Below, in pieces: positions 23,931 through 34,586 of a DNA stretch of 64,000 nucleotides (the first letter of the stretch is position 1; each line of letters starts with the position of its first letter). The DNA lies in the NCBI GenBank assembly GCA_024346625.1, contig AP024667.1, forward strand, positions 1,364,001-1,428,000, read 5' to 3'. The translations under genes were made by a program, and so were the position numbers. The notes beneath the pieces were generated by a model. The model was not told the origin of the DNA. It saw nothing but the letters and a program-made list of their open reading frames with translations, and ran no database searches. Source of the DNA: Williopsis jadinii. Lineage: Eukaryota.

Positions 23931-24797
23931 ATGACCACCACAGTACCAAAGATATATTCATTTGCAGAGTTTGCCGGGGTTGCGGACGCCGTTGCCGACC
24001 ATGTTGTTGCTGCTCAGAACCAGGCATTGACTAACAGTATACCATCGTCGACGCATAACTCGTCGTCGTCCACTGGACAGACGCCGAACGCCAGCTCGAC
24101 GAATCTCAAGAACGGGAAGAGCAAGAAGGAAAAAGTTGTTAATAAGAGGTTCAAGATTGCCATCAGTGGAGGTTCCTTGATAGGCGTTCTGAGCCAGGGT
24201 TTGCTGGAGAGAGATGACGTTCAATGGGGCAAGTGGGATGTGTATTTTGCAGATGAAAGACTGGTTCCATTTGACGATGAGAACTCTAACTACGGTAATG
24301 CTAAGCGTCAGATCTTTGACAAGCTGGAAGCGATGGGGAAGGAAATGCCCCAGATTTATCATATCGACGAATCCCTATTGGACGATGCACAGGAATTGGC
24401 TGATGACTATGAAAAGACGTTAATCAAGGGGTTCGCCAACAAGGACTCTGTGAGACTACCGCTATTTGACCTGTTCCTGTTGGGATGTGCACCAGATGGA
24501 CACATTGCTTCAATCTTCCCTAATGACCATGCCGTGCTGAGAGAGAAACTGGCGTGGGTTGTTCCTGTTGAAAACGCACCTTCGGGCCCAAAGAGAAGAA
24601 TAACGTTAACAGTACCGGTGATTTGTCACTCACACCGTGTAACGTTTGTCGTTGAAGGTGCCGTTAAGGCTTCGATCGTGAAAGTCATCATGGAGAGACC
24701 TGAAAAGGGGTTACCGGCAAGTGTCGTGAACGAGTTAGCTGCTGGGAGAGTAACGTGGTTTGTGGATAAGGCTGCGCTAACAGAGACTTACCTTTGA
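23931..24797 (+). CDS. SOL1: 6-phosphogluconolactonase-like protein Sol1/Sol2
   Basis: MTTTVPKIYSF, ISGGSL, FADERLVP, FDLFLLGCAPDGHIASIFP. Confidence 0.92.
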   Translation: MTTTVPKIYSFAEFAGVADAVADHVVAAQNQALTNSIPSSTHNSSSSTGQTPNASSTNLKNGKSKKEKVVNKRFKIAISGGSLIGVLSQGLLERDDVQWGKWDVYFADERLVPFDDENSNYGNAKRQIFDKLEAMGKEMPQIYHIDESLLDDAQELADDYEKTLIKGFANKDSVRLPLFDLFLLGCAPDGHIASIFPNDHAVLREKLAWVVPVENAPSGPKRRITLTVPVICHSHRVTFVVEGAVKASIVKVIMERPEKGLPASVVNELAAGRVTWFVDKAALTETYL

Positions 24798-25051
24798 TCC
24801 AAGATTGATCACAGTTGTTTAATTCGTTGCTTTCCGGTTTAATTTGTACGTTGTTGTTATTGTTGTTGTTGTTATGTTCTGACTTCCCTTTTGTACGTTA
24901 ATAGCTAGTCCCTCTTCTAAGTAAACGTCTACACATTCCAAGTATGAGGTCTAAAGATATTAGTCAATTAATGATAGCCCAACCAAGCAGTGTTCACTGT
25001 TTATGTGTATATATGTGACTGTTACGGTTATCAGTGCTATTACTAAACCTA

Positions 25052-25501
25052 TTAATCGTGATACAGTAACGAGTCCAACGTGTCATGGTAATTACCCGCT
25101 TCGTAATGACACGGATCCAGCTGGATGGTTTGAATGGTTAGGAATCCCAAGGTATCACGTGTGTCCTTCAACTCGCGAGCCAAGCTCTTCATGTTCGAAT
25201 CTATAACGTCAAACTCGAACGAATAACTTGGTATGATACTTGGTCTAAAGATTAGTTTGCGGTTGTTCAGATCGAGGTACAAAGTGTTGAAAGTCAATGA
25301 GACAAACTCGCTCCTAGTGATTAACCTCGTGAACGAATGTAGTTCAACGGAGCAATTGGTGTTTACCGCCACGAAGTTGAAATGGCCATTGTCCTCGGCG
25401 AATACAACGTTGAAGAGCCTCTCAGCGTTGTCCACCCTTTTGATCTTGTCCCAGTAGTTGATCTTGTTAAGCGCCAAGCGGAAGGAGCTCTTTACCGTCA
25501 T
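25052..25501 (-). CDS. Hypothetical protein, 149 aa (MTVKSSFRLALNKINYWDK...)
   Basis: Standalone ORF with purine at -3 (ACGAAATG), A/C-rich leader and coding-like codon usage. No family recognised. Confidence 0.6.
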   Translation of the reverse strand: MTVKSSFRLALNKINYWDKIKRVDNAERLFNVVFAEDNGHFNFVAVNTNCSVELHSFTRLITRSEFVSLTFNTLYLDLNNRKLIFRPSIIPSYSFEFDVIDSNMKSLARELKDTRDTLGFLTIQTIQLDPCHYEAGNYHDTLDSLLYHD

Positions 25502-25577
25502 TTCGTGTCTTGTTTGTGTGGTTTGTTTGCGATGTTGATGATGTTGATGAAGGATGTAAACAAACCTTTCAAGATGC

Positions 25578-25675
25578 AATGTCTAGAGCGTAATGTCCCG
25601 AGAATAATGTCTCCAGCATAATGTCTCGAGCGTGATGTCTCGAGCATGATGTCTCCAGCATAATGTCCCAACATT
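25578..25675. repeat. 14-bp tandem array x7, consensus AATGTCTCGAGCAT
   Basis: aatgtctagagcgt, aatgtcccgagaat, aatgtctccagcat, aatgtctcgagcgt, gatgtctcgagcat, gatgtctccagcat, aatgtcccaacatt. Confidence 0.92.
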
Positions 25676-25753
25676 GTGTCATTTCGCCTTAACGTCCTTT
25701 AACTTAATGTCACCCGAACTTTAATGTCCACCAACACAAAATCGCGGACATCT

Positions 25754-26764
25754 TCAAATCTCCATAAAGCTCTTCAACATGTCGTAACAGAACTTGTACT
25801 GATCAACACTCTGAACCATTGAGATTCTCTGTTCCCTCAGCTTGGAAACAACAGCATAGATCATGTCAACAGACTCGTTATCCCAGATCAGATGCGCATG
25901 TGAAAGAAGATAGTCCATCGTGATAAAAGTCCCCGTACGGCCAACACCGGCAGAGCAGTGTACAAACATTGGGTTCCCCTTGCCGTTCAGTGATCTTGCC
26001 AATTGGCTCAGCTCCAATATCGGCTCCCATGCATCTGGTCTCATGGCATCGGTCCACTGGTCAAAGTAGATATGGTGCACCGTTCTCTTGTGCAGTACGT
26101 CACCACTGATCGAATCCACAGCGTCCAGTTGTAATTTGGTGTAGTGTATCCCGGCAGGGTCGAATCTGTCCTCATGTTCTAGACACTTCAGCTGCAAATC
26201 GTACTTGAAGCCATCAAGACCCGGTTTGATGTCAAGAGACTCGCCAACGCTGTCGAGCCAATATTTGACACACTTCTTAACCGCCCCCTCTTGTATAGGT
26301 GTGACCATCACGATGACAACGTCCGGGTGCTCTGTTTGTTCCACAACCATGTGCCAGAAATGTGGCGTTGTCAGCACAGTGGGTCCCTGGGTGGCGATGT
26401 ACTCATCTCTGATGCCGCCAAAGTCCAAATGGACATGGGACGCGTTGATATAGTCGCAATGGCCCTCGACAACGTCCAGCTTCACCCTGTTGTAGTCAAA
26501 GGGCAGGATGTTGGTATATCTATTGCGCCCATGGTCAAACCCTCTGACCCCGGCTTTCATGGTCCAGTGGGACGACTCGCTTCTGACGATGCCTTCATGC
26601 ACCCGTTCATCCTCCATGTACTTGATGCGACGGAAGTGGGAATATATGTAGTTGGTCTCTGCCTTGATGTACTCGGGCATTGCGGCTTTGCCATCTTGGC
26701 CCTTCTTGTTCAGCGGACTAGAAGACGCTGACGATGTCGAAGACGTGCTAGATTTCTCATCCAT
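25754..26764 (-). CDS. PTP1: Protein tyrosine phosphatase Ptp1
   Basis: RNRYTNILP, DYINAS, YIATQGP, VHCSAGVGRTG, QRISMVQ. Start uncertain (alternative ATG at 26899). Confidence 0.9.
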   Translation of the reverse strand: MDEKSSTSSTSSASSSPLNKKGQDGKAAMPEYIKAETNYIYSHFRRIKYMEDERVHEGIVRSESSHWTMKAGVRGFDHGRNRYTNILPFDYNRVKLDVVEGHCDYINASHVHLDFGGIRDEYIATQGPTVLTTPHFWHMVVEQTEHPDVVIVMVTPIQEGAVKKCVKYWLDSVGESLDIKPGLDGFKYDLQLKCLEHEDRFDPAGIHYTKLQLDAVDSISGDVLHKRTVHHIYFDQWTDAMRPDAWEPILELSQLARSLNGKGNPMFVHCSAGVGRTGTFITMDYLLSHAHLIWDNESVDMIYAVVSKLREQRISMVQSVDQYKFCYDMLKSFMEI

Positions 26765-27867
26765 GTCCCGCTGTGGTTGCGTAGCTGTGTGATTGTTGTT
26801 ACCACCACTCTTATGGGTTGATGAAGAAATTTTCACCTGTAGCCGATGGCCTACACTGCACAGTGAAACAGGTGAAAATGAGCAGATCTGTGTGAACATT
26901 TCGCTCTCTGTCCGCCTAAATCTGTACAATTGCACTTATTAGCGAGAATGAATGGATTGGCTTTGGAGATGAACCGGGGAGTGTGAAGGGGCTATAGAAA
27001 AGTTTTCTGAGCTTTTATTTTTGTCCCGTCCAGCTTAAACAACGGGGAAAGGCTTCTATCCATTGACAGTACCTGTTGTATCAGTTTTGGTGTGGTTGTG
27101 CCCTATTAAGCCTCTCGGAATAAGTGGAACGATTCGCACTGTACGCGAAGGGAATCTGGACCCTATTTCTCCGTCGTGTTTTGGTATTCTCCCACACTTT
27201 TACCCGTTTGAGCAACATGGAGAGCGTGGACACCCAGAGAGAAGCAGGACTTGCCGTTTAGGGCAAGGTGTGCTGGAGTTTGGTGTGTACGGTGTCGGTG
27301 TCCCGTGTTGTTCGGCTCTGCTGTCGCGTAGGTCCCAACGTAATGTGTCAAAAAGTTAGGCATGAGGAACTACGCACACACTCCCGGTGATCATAGCACC
27401 AAGGCTAGCGGTGCATGGCATTGTGTGTTGTTTAGTCGTAGGCGTTCTCGGATTAAATGTAAGGATGTCTTCTGTGCTCTTTGTCTGTCGCCCTCCACCG
27501 CCGTGTGGGTCCTTGATGTTTGCCTTCTGCCTAATGAAGCTTTTCCTGTGTGATGGGCCTCTGTAGGCCCCCTGTGTGTGCGTGTGTTTTCCTTCCAGCT
27601 CTGTTCCGGCACGCGCTGGGGAGGGTGGAGAAGGAGCCCGAGGTGGAGTCCCGCCTGAAATAACCCACGTACACCGTCCTTCCCCGGGGAGGCCGCAGTG
27701 GGCGCGTGGGAGCGTAAGCTGAAATTACACAGACCCCCAGGCAGACCCCCAGGTAAACACCAGGCCATTGGCTAAAGGGAAAAATTCCCACCCTTTAAAC
27801 CACCTCCACTGAACGCACACACGGGGAGCTACAAATCGTGTACACCAGTAAACCATTCACCAATGCT

Positions 27868-29121
27868 ATGAGAACGTTAAGAGCACCAAGGATATTCAAG
27901 AGAGGCATCACCGACTACGTTACCTTTCCTGCCCTAGGATCTGGCTCGGAGACCAGCGGAAGGAACAAAGGCCAGTTCAAGATCCACATGTTGAAGGCAC
28001 CATCTCACCTTGGACACTACACGTACCGGATGAATAGGATGTACAACGAAGACAGGTACGCTGTGAGTATACTGAAGTTGCCCATCAAGTATGAGGAGTA
28101 CGGTATGTCCAAAGATGTGATGCACAACTGTTTTGTCGCCAGTGTTTTTGACGGCCACGGTGGTGATGACTGTGCCAACTTCCTCCAGCACCACTTACAC
28201 AGCAGGGTCGAGCTTTGGCAAGGGTCGGATGAACAGTCGTTCATGGGCCTGCTGGAGAAGTACTACAAGGATATCGGCGGATACTGGAAAAGAGTGTACA
28301 GGAAACGTGCAGAGATCTTCAAAGACCTGGAGCCGACTTCCAAAGAGATTGATGATCTCAGGTTGAGACTGTACCAGACTTACCTACAGGTGGATTACGA
28401 CTTTATGACTGAACATGACAGATCAGGATCGACCTCCACATCGGTGTTCATGTATAACTTGGACGTCTTGGACGAGCAGGAGATGTACTTTTCTCCTGGA
28501 ACGGTTTCACGGCTACACGTTGCGCAAGTTGGTGACACCAAATGCATCCTATGTGATCGAAATGGCCAATCACATGCACTGAACTCCATCCACCATCCTT
28601 CTTCACCCGCTGAATCGCGTAGATTGAACAAATTCACCGCTGGATTCGCCACTGATTCCTTTGGTGAGAATAGGTTTATGAATTTTGCCAATACCAGGGC
28701 GTTTGGTGACTTGATCGCCAAGAGCAAAGGTATATCTGCAGAGCCTGATATCACCTCGTATATCATTGGTGATGCCACCGCTATAGCGCGTGCTGAGCTC
28801 GGTCATGAAACACCGGGAAGCGTTGGTGGTGATGAGTGCTTCCTTGTGCTTGTTTCCGATGGTGTCACGGGATACGCTACGGATCAAGAGATCTGTGATC
28901 TGGTTATGTCGACTCATAACGAGCACAATGGAACGCCACAGCGGTGTGCAGAGGAAGTTGTGAAGTACGTTGATGCCATCGGTGGTGATGACAACGCAAC
29001 GTGTATCGTTATCAAGCTGAGCAACTGGGGCGGGTGGCCTGCGCAGGATCGTACTAAGAGATTGAGAGAGGATAAGCTCAAGGAAGGAATCAGCAAAATG
29101 GACATGGATAGGTATGGGTGA
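27868..29121 (+). CDS. PTC6: Mitochondrial PP2C phosphatase Ptc6/Aup1
   Basis: Presequence MRTLRAPRIFKRG, RMNRMYNEDRY, VFDGHGG, ANTRAFGD, LVSDGV, DDNAT. Confidence 0.92.
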   Translation: MRTLRAPRIFKRGITDYVTFPALGSGSETSGRNKGQFKIHMLKAPSHLGHYTYRMNRMYNEDRYAVSILKLPIKYEEYGMSKDVMHNCFVASVFDGHGGDDCANFLQHHLHSRVELWQGSDEQSFMGLLEKYYKDIGGYWKRVYRKRAEIFKDLEPTSKEIDDLRLRLYQTYLQVDYDFMTEHDRSGSTSTSVFMYNLDVLDEQEMYFSPGTVSRLHVAQVGDTKCILCDRNGQSHALNSIHHPSSPAESRRLNKFTAGFATDSFGENRFMNFANTRAFGDLIAKSKGISAEPDITSYIIGDATAIARAELGHETPGSVGGDECFLVLVSDGVTGYATDQEICDLVMSTHNEHNGTPQRCAEEVVKYVDAIGGDDNATCIVIKLSNWGGWPAQDRTKRLREDKLKEGISKMDMDRYG

Positions 29122-29311
29122 TTCCACCGAGCATTTGCTAAGAACAGAGGTTTAGCGCCATAGATATTTATTACTTAACAAAGACAGAGGATGTATATGC
29201 ATATGTCTCTTTATAATATATAAGCTACAGTTGAAGTCCACTATATGTACATGTCATTGGAAATATATCCCACGCTTCTGCTCGAGAAATGATATATATA
29301 TAAGAGCTCTC

Positions 29312-29652
29312 TCACTTGTTCTTGGTCTGTGTGTAACTGAATCTCTTTCTCGTTGGTGCAAATTCTCCCAGCTTGCTACCAACCATGTCGTCTGTCACCT
29401 CGAATGCCACGTACTCCTTACCGTTATGGACCTGGAACTTCACTCCTACAAACTGCGGTAATATTGTGCAACTTCTGGCGTTGGTTCTGATTGGAGTATT
29501 GGACTTGATGGCATGTGCAATGGGCAGAGGCACAACGTGTGGGCCTTCGTTCATCAGCTGTTAGTGGAAAGCTCGCGGTCTACGGCTAAATCAAACAGAA
29601 ACATACCCTTCCAGGCAGAGCGTCCTTTCAACAGCACTGGGGAGATTCTCAT
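29312..29652 (-). CDS. RSM19: Mitochondrial ribosomal protein S19, two exons (29652-29607, 29544-29312), 92 aa
   Basis: [23 protein letters not shown]...HNGKEY...[20 protein letters not shown]. Intron GTATGT..CACTAAC..AAG, 62 nt. Confidence 0.93.
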
Positions 29653-30020
29653 TTTGCTTCGATGTGTCTGTTTTTATGTGTGTATGTGTGTCTTTGTAGC
29701 TTGTCCTAAGCGCTACAACTTCAACAAAGTTTCGATGTGTAGAAAAAAACCGGAAAAAAAACAGAAAGAAAAGCCTTCGGAAAATTACATAAACAGTAAT
29801 TTCCCTTTAGGGAAATGCTCGTGGAGGATGGGTAGGATTGGGAGGGATTTTGCTGTTCCGGGAAACACCGAGCAAAGAAGCACTACGCTCGGGCTATGGA
29901 AACCGTACTTAGCCTATAGCAGTTATTCAATACCAACGCAATCATTCGAAGGACTACAAGGGTAGTGGAAGCCCGAAAAGCATGGCCATAAATAATAAAC
30001 ACAAGAGAGTTGAAAACTAG

Positions 30021-30076
30021 TGGTAGCACCAGTGGTAGCACTGGTAGCACTGGTAGCACTGGTAGCACTGGTAGCA
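30021..30076. repeat. 9-bp tandem repeat TGGTAGCAC, about 6 copies
   Basis: Directly visible in the sequence. Confidence 0.9.
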
Positions 30077-30315
30077 GCGCAATGCGATGGTCCGCCATAT
30101 CCTAACCAGTAGAAGCGAAACACCATAAGAAAAAACAAACCAGTTAAATGTAGGAAAAACAAAGCCGAACCAGTGTTCTTCTGATCCCAGATCCTCCACG
30201 GCCACACTGGGGAGAGAAGAGCCCAAAGATTTTCCATAAAGAATTATATCGAATGCATTGATAATCAACCATTCACATATGCTAATGAGTTATCGCGGTT
30301 TGATGACGTAAACGA

Positions 30316-30465
30316 TCAAGAATGGTGCAACGAGAACCCGGAAGCCTTCAAGACCGATTTGTTCTCCTTGGACTTAGTGCTCAACTGATACAGTGAGTAA
30401 GCCGCAAGCGAAGCAGTGGCAACGCCGGCGAACACGACAGATTTTGGAGCTTTTGAGAAGAGCAT
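30316..30465 (-). CDS. Putative 49-aa microprotein with a single N-proximal hydrophobic segment
   Basis: MLFSKAPKSVVFAGVATASLAAYSLYQLSTKSKENKSVLKASGFSLHHS*. Start context GAACAATG; TATATAAA on the - strand at 30562-30569. Confidence 0.65.
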   Translation of the reverse strand: MLFSKAPKSVVFAGVATASLAAYSLYQLSTKSKENKSVLKASGFSLHHS

Positions 30466-31186
30466 TGTTCGTTATTGTTATTGATCTAGTTTCGAATGAT
30501 TAGATGGCACAACGGTTATCAGGGGAAAGGGGGGAAGAAGAGAGATGGGCAGAGTTGCCTCTTTATATAAATGCGTGTTTTGGTATAGAATCCCCCCACA
30601 CACGCACAGCTTCGGGATCAAACGATATTTTCCTGCCCCTTGTGCTTACTTTGAGGTTTGACAGCACAGCTCTGGCAAAAAGGTTCCGAAGGCTCTTTTT
30701 GCCCTAATTCTGCACCGCAACGTACGGGGGTTTTTTTCACCGTGGGAAATTTGGGGAATCGGATGCTTTTTTGCGTTGGCTTTCTCATGCACCCCGGGAT
30801 TTTTATTATCGGTGGCTTTTTTCCTCTGGCTCCCTCGCTCTTTGGGCCTTTAAGCATGAAAAACTATGGCATTTCGATGGGTTCTCCTTGTAATATTCGT
30901 TGTAGTGGGAGAGAAGCCTTCAACCACGGGTGTGCAAGGCATAGAAGAGCAATACCAAACAACACACCGGGACTTAGAACTCATTCATTCGCTGCTGCGT
31001 CCTTATTGGCTGGAATTGAGCTGCCAACGTATGACTTAATATTACAGTCTGGTGCTACTTTTGAGCTGTGTGCATGATGTTGCCCGGTGCCGAATTGCAG
31101 AGATTGCTTTTTCTGCAATTCCGCGTCGATCAGCTCTGATTATGTAATGCTTATGTAATTATGTGGTGTGTGGATGTTTTCAAGTC

Positions 31187-31231
31187 ACATTTTTTCATCC
31201 TCGTTTTGGCGAAGAGATGAGATGCGATGAG
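31187..31231 (+). promoter_or_regulatory. RRPE and tandem PAC elements of DBP6
   Basis: ACATTTTTTCA then GAGATGAG and GCGATGAG. Confidence 0.75.
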
Positions 31232-31275
31232 GTGGTGAAGGGTATTAGCCATAGCGATAGCTTTCCACTGTGACC

Positions 31276-33120
31276 ATGTTTGCTGCGCGGTTTGACCCTT
31301 CTGCGGTTATTAGTGATGATAAGCCCGTTGTGCCGCTGAAGAGGAGGGTGGAGGAAGTTGAGAGCGATGGTGAGAGTGATGGTGAGAGTGATGGTGGCAG
31401 CGATGGTGGAAGCGATGGTGAGAGCGATGGTGAGAGCGATGGTGATGATTCAAGTGATAATTCCAGCGACGAGTCCAGTGACGCTTCCAGTGGCTCCGCC
31501 GATGATGAACATGCTACCCACGATCCCAACAATGACAATGACGTTGAAATGATTGACGTCCAAGAACATAATCCAAAGTTCTCTTCAATCCTGTCTCGTT
31601 TCAACCAATCCATTCACCAGTCCCATGAGCTTGAAAATACTGAAGAACAAGAGGCAGAGGTTATCCATGAGGAGGTAGAACAGCATGCAATTGCGCCACT
31701 GCCTCAACCAGCATTACCAAGGGACCATAGACTCACAGCGGCCCAAAGATCAAACAACTTGAACTGGTTAGCACAGCCACTTCTCATCAAGACTACAGAG
31801 CTAAAACCGTTCGAAGAGTTTGACATTTCACCTCAAATCTTGAAGAATTTACATTCTATGGGTTTCAACAAGGCATTTGCGTCGCAAATAAAGACTTTGG
31901 AACTATTGCTGCCTGAGATTAACAACAAGTTGAACCCTGACGCCATTAGGGGTGATGTGTTAGTGAATGCATCAACAGGTTCAGGTAAAACACTGGCGTA
32001 TACAATCCCAGTGATCCAGTCATTGATGAATAGAGTCGTTCCAAGGGTAAGATGTATAATCTTGGTGCCAACCAGACCTTTGATTAATCAAGTTTTCAAG
32101 ACTCTGATTGAGGTGTCCAAGGGTATTGACCTGAATATTGTCACATTGGGTAAAAGTGACGTGTCGTTACGTGAAGAATCTCGTAAGTTGATCCAAAATG
32201 TCCCAGACATCGTTGTGACTACACCTGGTAGATTGGTGGATCATTTAAACATGGAAAGTTTCAAGCTGGATGATCTACAGTGGTGTGTTATCGATGAAGC
32301 TGATAAACTACTGAACCAGAGCTTCCAGGATTGGTCAAATGTGTTAATCTCCAAATTGCAGGATCCAAATGGTGGTAACTTAAGCAAGAGGTTTAAAAGG
32401 CCGTTGACAAAGATGATCTTCTCTGCAACACTGACCACGGATGCTGGTAAACTATCAGCGTTGCAATTCAGAAGCCCACGGCTAATCCTTGTGAACAATG
32501 AAGACAGTATTCTCCAATCCGATAAGATCTTTACATTGCCTTCAACACTGAGGGAGCACTACACCAAATTCAGCTCGTCGAACGCTTCTTACAAACCACT
32601 CATCCTTCTCAAGCTCCTTCAATCGTTTGCATCCAACCACACGCTGGTATTCACCAAGTCCAACGATGCAACTTTACGTCTCTCTACGTTGTTGAAGAAT
32701 TTGACCTCAAGCCTATGTCCAGAGATTGTTGTTAACAACATCAATTCTCAACTGAATAGCTCCACAAGAGCTAAGTTGCTCTCACAGTTTGAACAGGGCA
32801 CAATCTCTGTTCTTGTCGCTACTGATCTCATCGCTAGAGGTTTGGACCTGAAGACCATCAGAAACGTTGTGAATTACGACCTGCCACCTTCCTCGCGTGA
32901 ATACGTTCACAGAGTTGGAAGAACTGCAAGAGCAGGTGATTCTGGTGATGCCTATACCATCGTTGTCGGCCGTGGTGAAGGACAGTTCTTCGAACGTATT
33001 GGACGTGATATCAACAGACCAACCCCGGTAGAATCCATCACCTTGCAAGATATCAGTGAAAAGGAGAAGGAAATCTACCAAGGTGCATTGAACGAATTAC
33101 AACAAGCGTTTAAAAGATAG
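31276..33120 (+). CDS. DBP6: DEAD-box RNA helicase Dbp6 (60S biogenesis)
   Basis: MFAARFDP start, acidic (E/G)SDG 12-bp repeats, ASTGSGKT, PTRPL, TPGRLVDH, DEAD, SAT, HRVGRTARAG. Confidence 0.95.
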   Translation: MFAARFDPSAVISDDKPVVPLKRRVEEVESDGESDGESDGGSDGGSDGESDGESDGDDSSDNSSDESSDASSGSADDEHATHDPNNDNDVEMIDVQEHNPKFSSILSRFNQSIHQSHELENTEEQEAEVIHEEVEQHAIAPLPQPALPRDHRLTAAQRSNNLNWLAQPLLIKTTELKPFEEFDISPQILKNLHSMGFNKAFASQIKTLELLLPEINNKLNPDAIRGDVLVNASTGSGKTLAYTIPVIQSLMNRVVPRVRCIILVPTRPLINQVFKTLIEVSKGIDLNIVTLGKSDVSLREESRKLIQNVPDIVVTTPGRLVDHLNMESFKLDDLQWCVIDEADKLLNQSFQDWSNVLISKLQDPNGGNLSKRFKRPLTKMIFSATLTTDAGKLSALQFRSPRLILVNNEDSILQSDKIFTLPSTLREHYTKFSSSNASYKPLILLKLLQSFASNHTLVFTKSNDATLRLSTLLKNLTSSLCPEIVVNNINSQLNSSTRAKLLSQFEQGTISVLVATDLIARGLDLKTIRNVVNYDLPPSSREYVHRVGRTARAGDSGDAYTIVVGRGEGQFFERIGRDINRPTPVESITLQDISEKEKEIYQGALNELQQAFKR

Positions 33121-33267
33121 AATACAGAGTTGTGGTTCAATGTATATATAGTATGCTGGTTAGAATAAATAAAGGGGGTGGAGTTGGTAATAAATAAATA
33201 GTAACTTCCGAGATCGACAGCTCGTAAAAGTTCTGTTCTGCCTCGGACAGCGTAGCACACAGCACGT

Positions 33268-33669
33268 TTACACAGCATGTGGGTTGTTGATGATCAACTC
33301 TGTGGCGTCTTTGAAGGTTCTAATCTTGTCAGCCTCCTCGTCTGGGATACCAATGCTGAACTCTTCCTCAATGGCCATCACAACTTCAACAATGTCCAGC
33401 GAGTCCAACCCCAAGTCACGCGAGAAGTCCGTCTCCGGGCCGATCTTCACGCTCTTGTTGACCTTGTCATAGCCTTCCAGGATCTCAAGGATTCTCTCCT
33501 CAACCAGCTCCTGTGTTAGTGGTGGGGCGTGGGAGTAACAACGGGCAGAGAACTGGAACGGCAAACGCTGTTGTTGTGTCTGTGCCAAAGCCCACGCAGA
33601 CTTGGTGACGATTGGACTTGGTCTAATGGCCTTAACAGCGCTAAAGTTCTTCAATGCGAGTCTGAACAT
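33268..33669 (-). CDS. ACP1: Mitochondrial acyl carrier protein
   Basis: Presequence; DLGLDSLDIVEVVMAIEEEF phosphopantetheine site. Confidence 0.93.
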   Translation of the reverse strand: MFRLALKNFSAVKAIRPSPIVTKSAWALAQTQQQRLPFQFSARCYSHAPPLTQELVEERILEILEGYDKVNKSVKIGPETDFSRDLGLDSLDIVEVVMAIEEEFSIGIPDEEADKIRTFKDATELIINNPHAV

Positions 33670-34012
33670 CTTTCTTTGGGCTCCTTCTAAAGTGGTTGTT
33701 GTTGTTTTTGCGGTGGTGGTGGTGGTGGTGGTGGTAGTTTTTCAGTGATGAACACTTTTTTGGCTTTGGCTCGACGGGGGAATCCGCGCTGCCGCGGCCC
33801 CCCTGAAATTCTTCCCCGGAACGTGTGGTGTATGGATGTTTCGGTGTCCAGGTGTTGGTGTATGGGTTTGCTGGTGTCCGGGTTTATCACCGTTCCGTTT
33901 TCGACTGGACGCTCCCGGGAGCGTTTTACAAAAAAATCCTTCGAGCGCAATAGACACGGCCCACAGAGGAGAACAACAACCGCAGCGCTAGGTCGAAAGG
34001 TTGAGAGAAGAG

Positions 34013-34543
34013 ATGTTCAGAAACGTACTCAAGACCCTTTTGGGAGGGTCGTCGACGACGACTTCCATGCTCCGCAGCGGGATCCCACAGCGCTCATCGT
34101 ATTCGAACTTCCAGTCAGTGTTCTCCCAACTGTCAAGCTCGACGCAGAAGGTGTCCCAGAGGTTTGCCACGATCAACCAGATCAAGCGTGGTATGACCAA
34201 GCCTTTGAACAAGCGTCCGGTCAAGTCTCCGGATCTGGACACCTGTCCTGTCCGTAGAGGCGTTGTTCTCCGTGTGATGGTGCTTAAGCCAAAGAAGCCA
34301 AACTCAGCGTTGAGAAAGGCTGCAAGAGTTCGTCTCACAAACGGTAAGGTGATCAGTGCGTATATCCCAGGTGAAGGCCACAACGCCCAGGAGCACAGTG
34401 TTGTGCTAGTCAGGGGTGGAAGATGTCAGGATGTTCCTGGTGTTAAGTACAGATGTGTTCGTGGTGCTATGGATCTAAGTGGAGTTGCCAACAGAACAAC
34501 CTCCAGAAGTAAATACGGTGCAAAGAAACCGCAAAAGGAGTGA
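34013..34543 (+). CDS. MRPS12: Mitochondrial ribosomal protein S12
   Basis: [37 protein letters not shown]. Confidence 0.95.
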   Translation: MFRNVLKTLLGGSSTTTSMLRSGIPQRSSYSNFQSVFSQLSSSTQKVSQRFATINQIKRGMTKPLNKRPVKSPDLDTCPVRRGVVLRVMVLKPKKPNSALRKAARVRLTNGKVISAYIPGEGHNAQEHSVVLVRGGRCQDVPGVKYRCVRGAMDLSGVANRTTSRSKYGAKKPQKE

Positions 34544-34586
34544 TATATATAACTTCAGCAATACATGTACATAACTATTCTGTTGT

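Noticed and set aside
25578..25675. CRISPR-like array
   Set aside because: Eukaryotic context, contiguous 14-bp units with no unique spacers, no cas genes.
30270..30460. snRNA or telomerase RNA suggested by ATTTTGGA (Sm-like) on the + strand
   Set aside because: No other conserved snRNA/TER element seen; the sequence is better explained by the minus-strand microprotein ORF.
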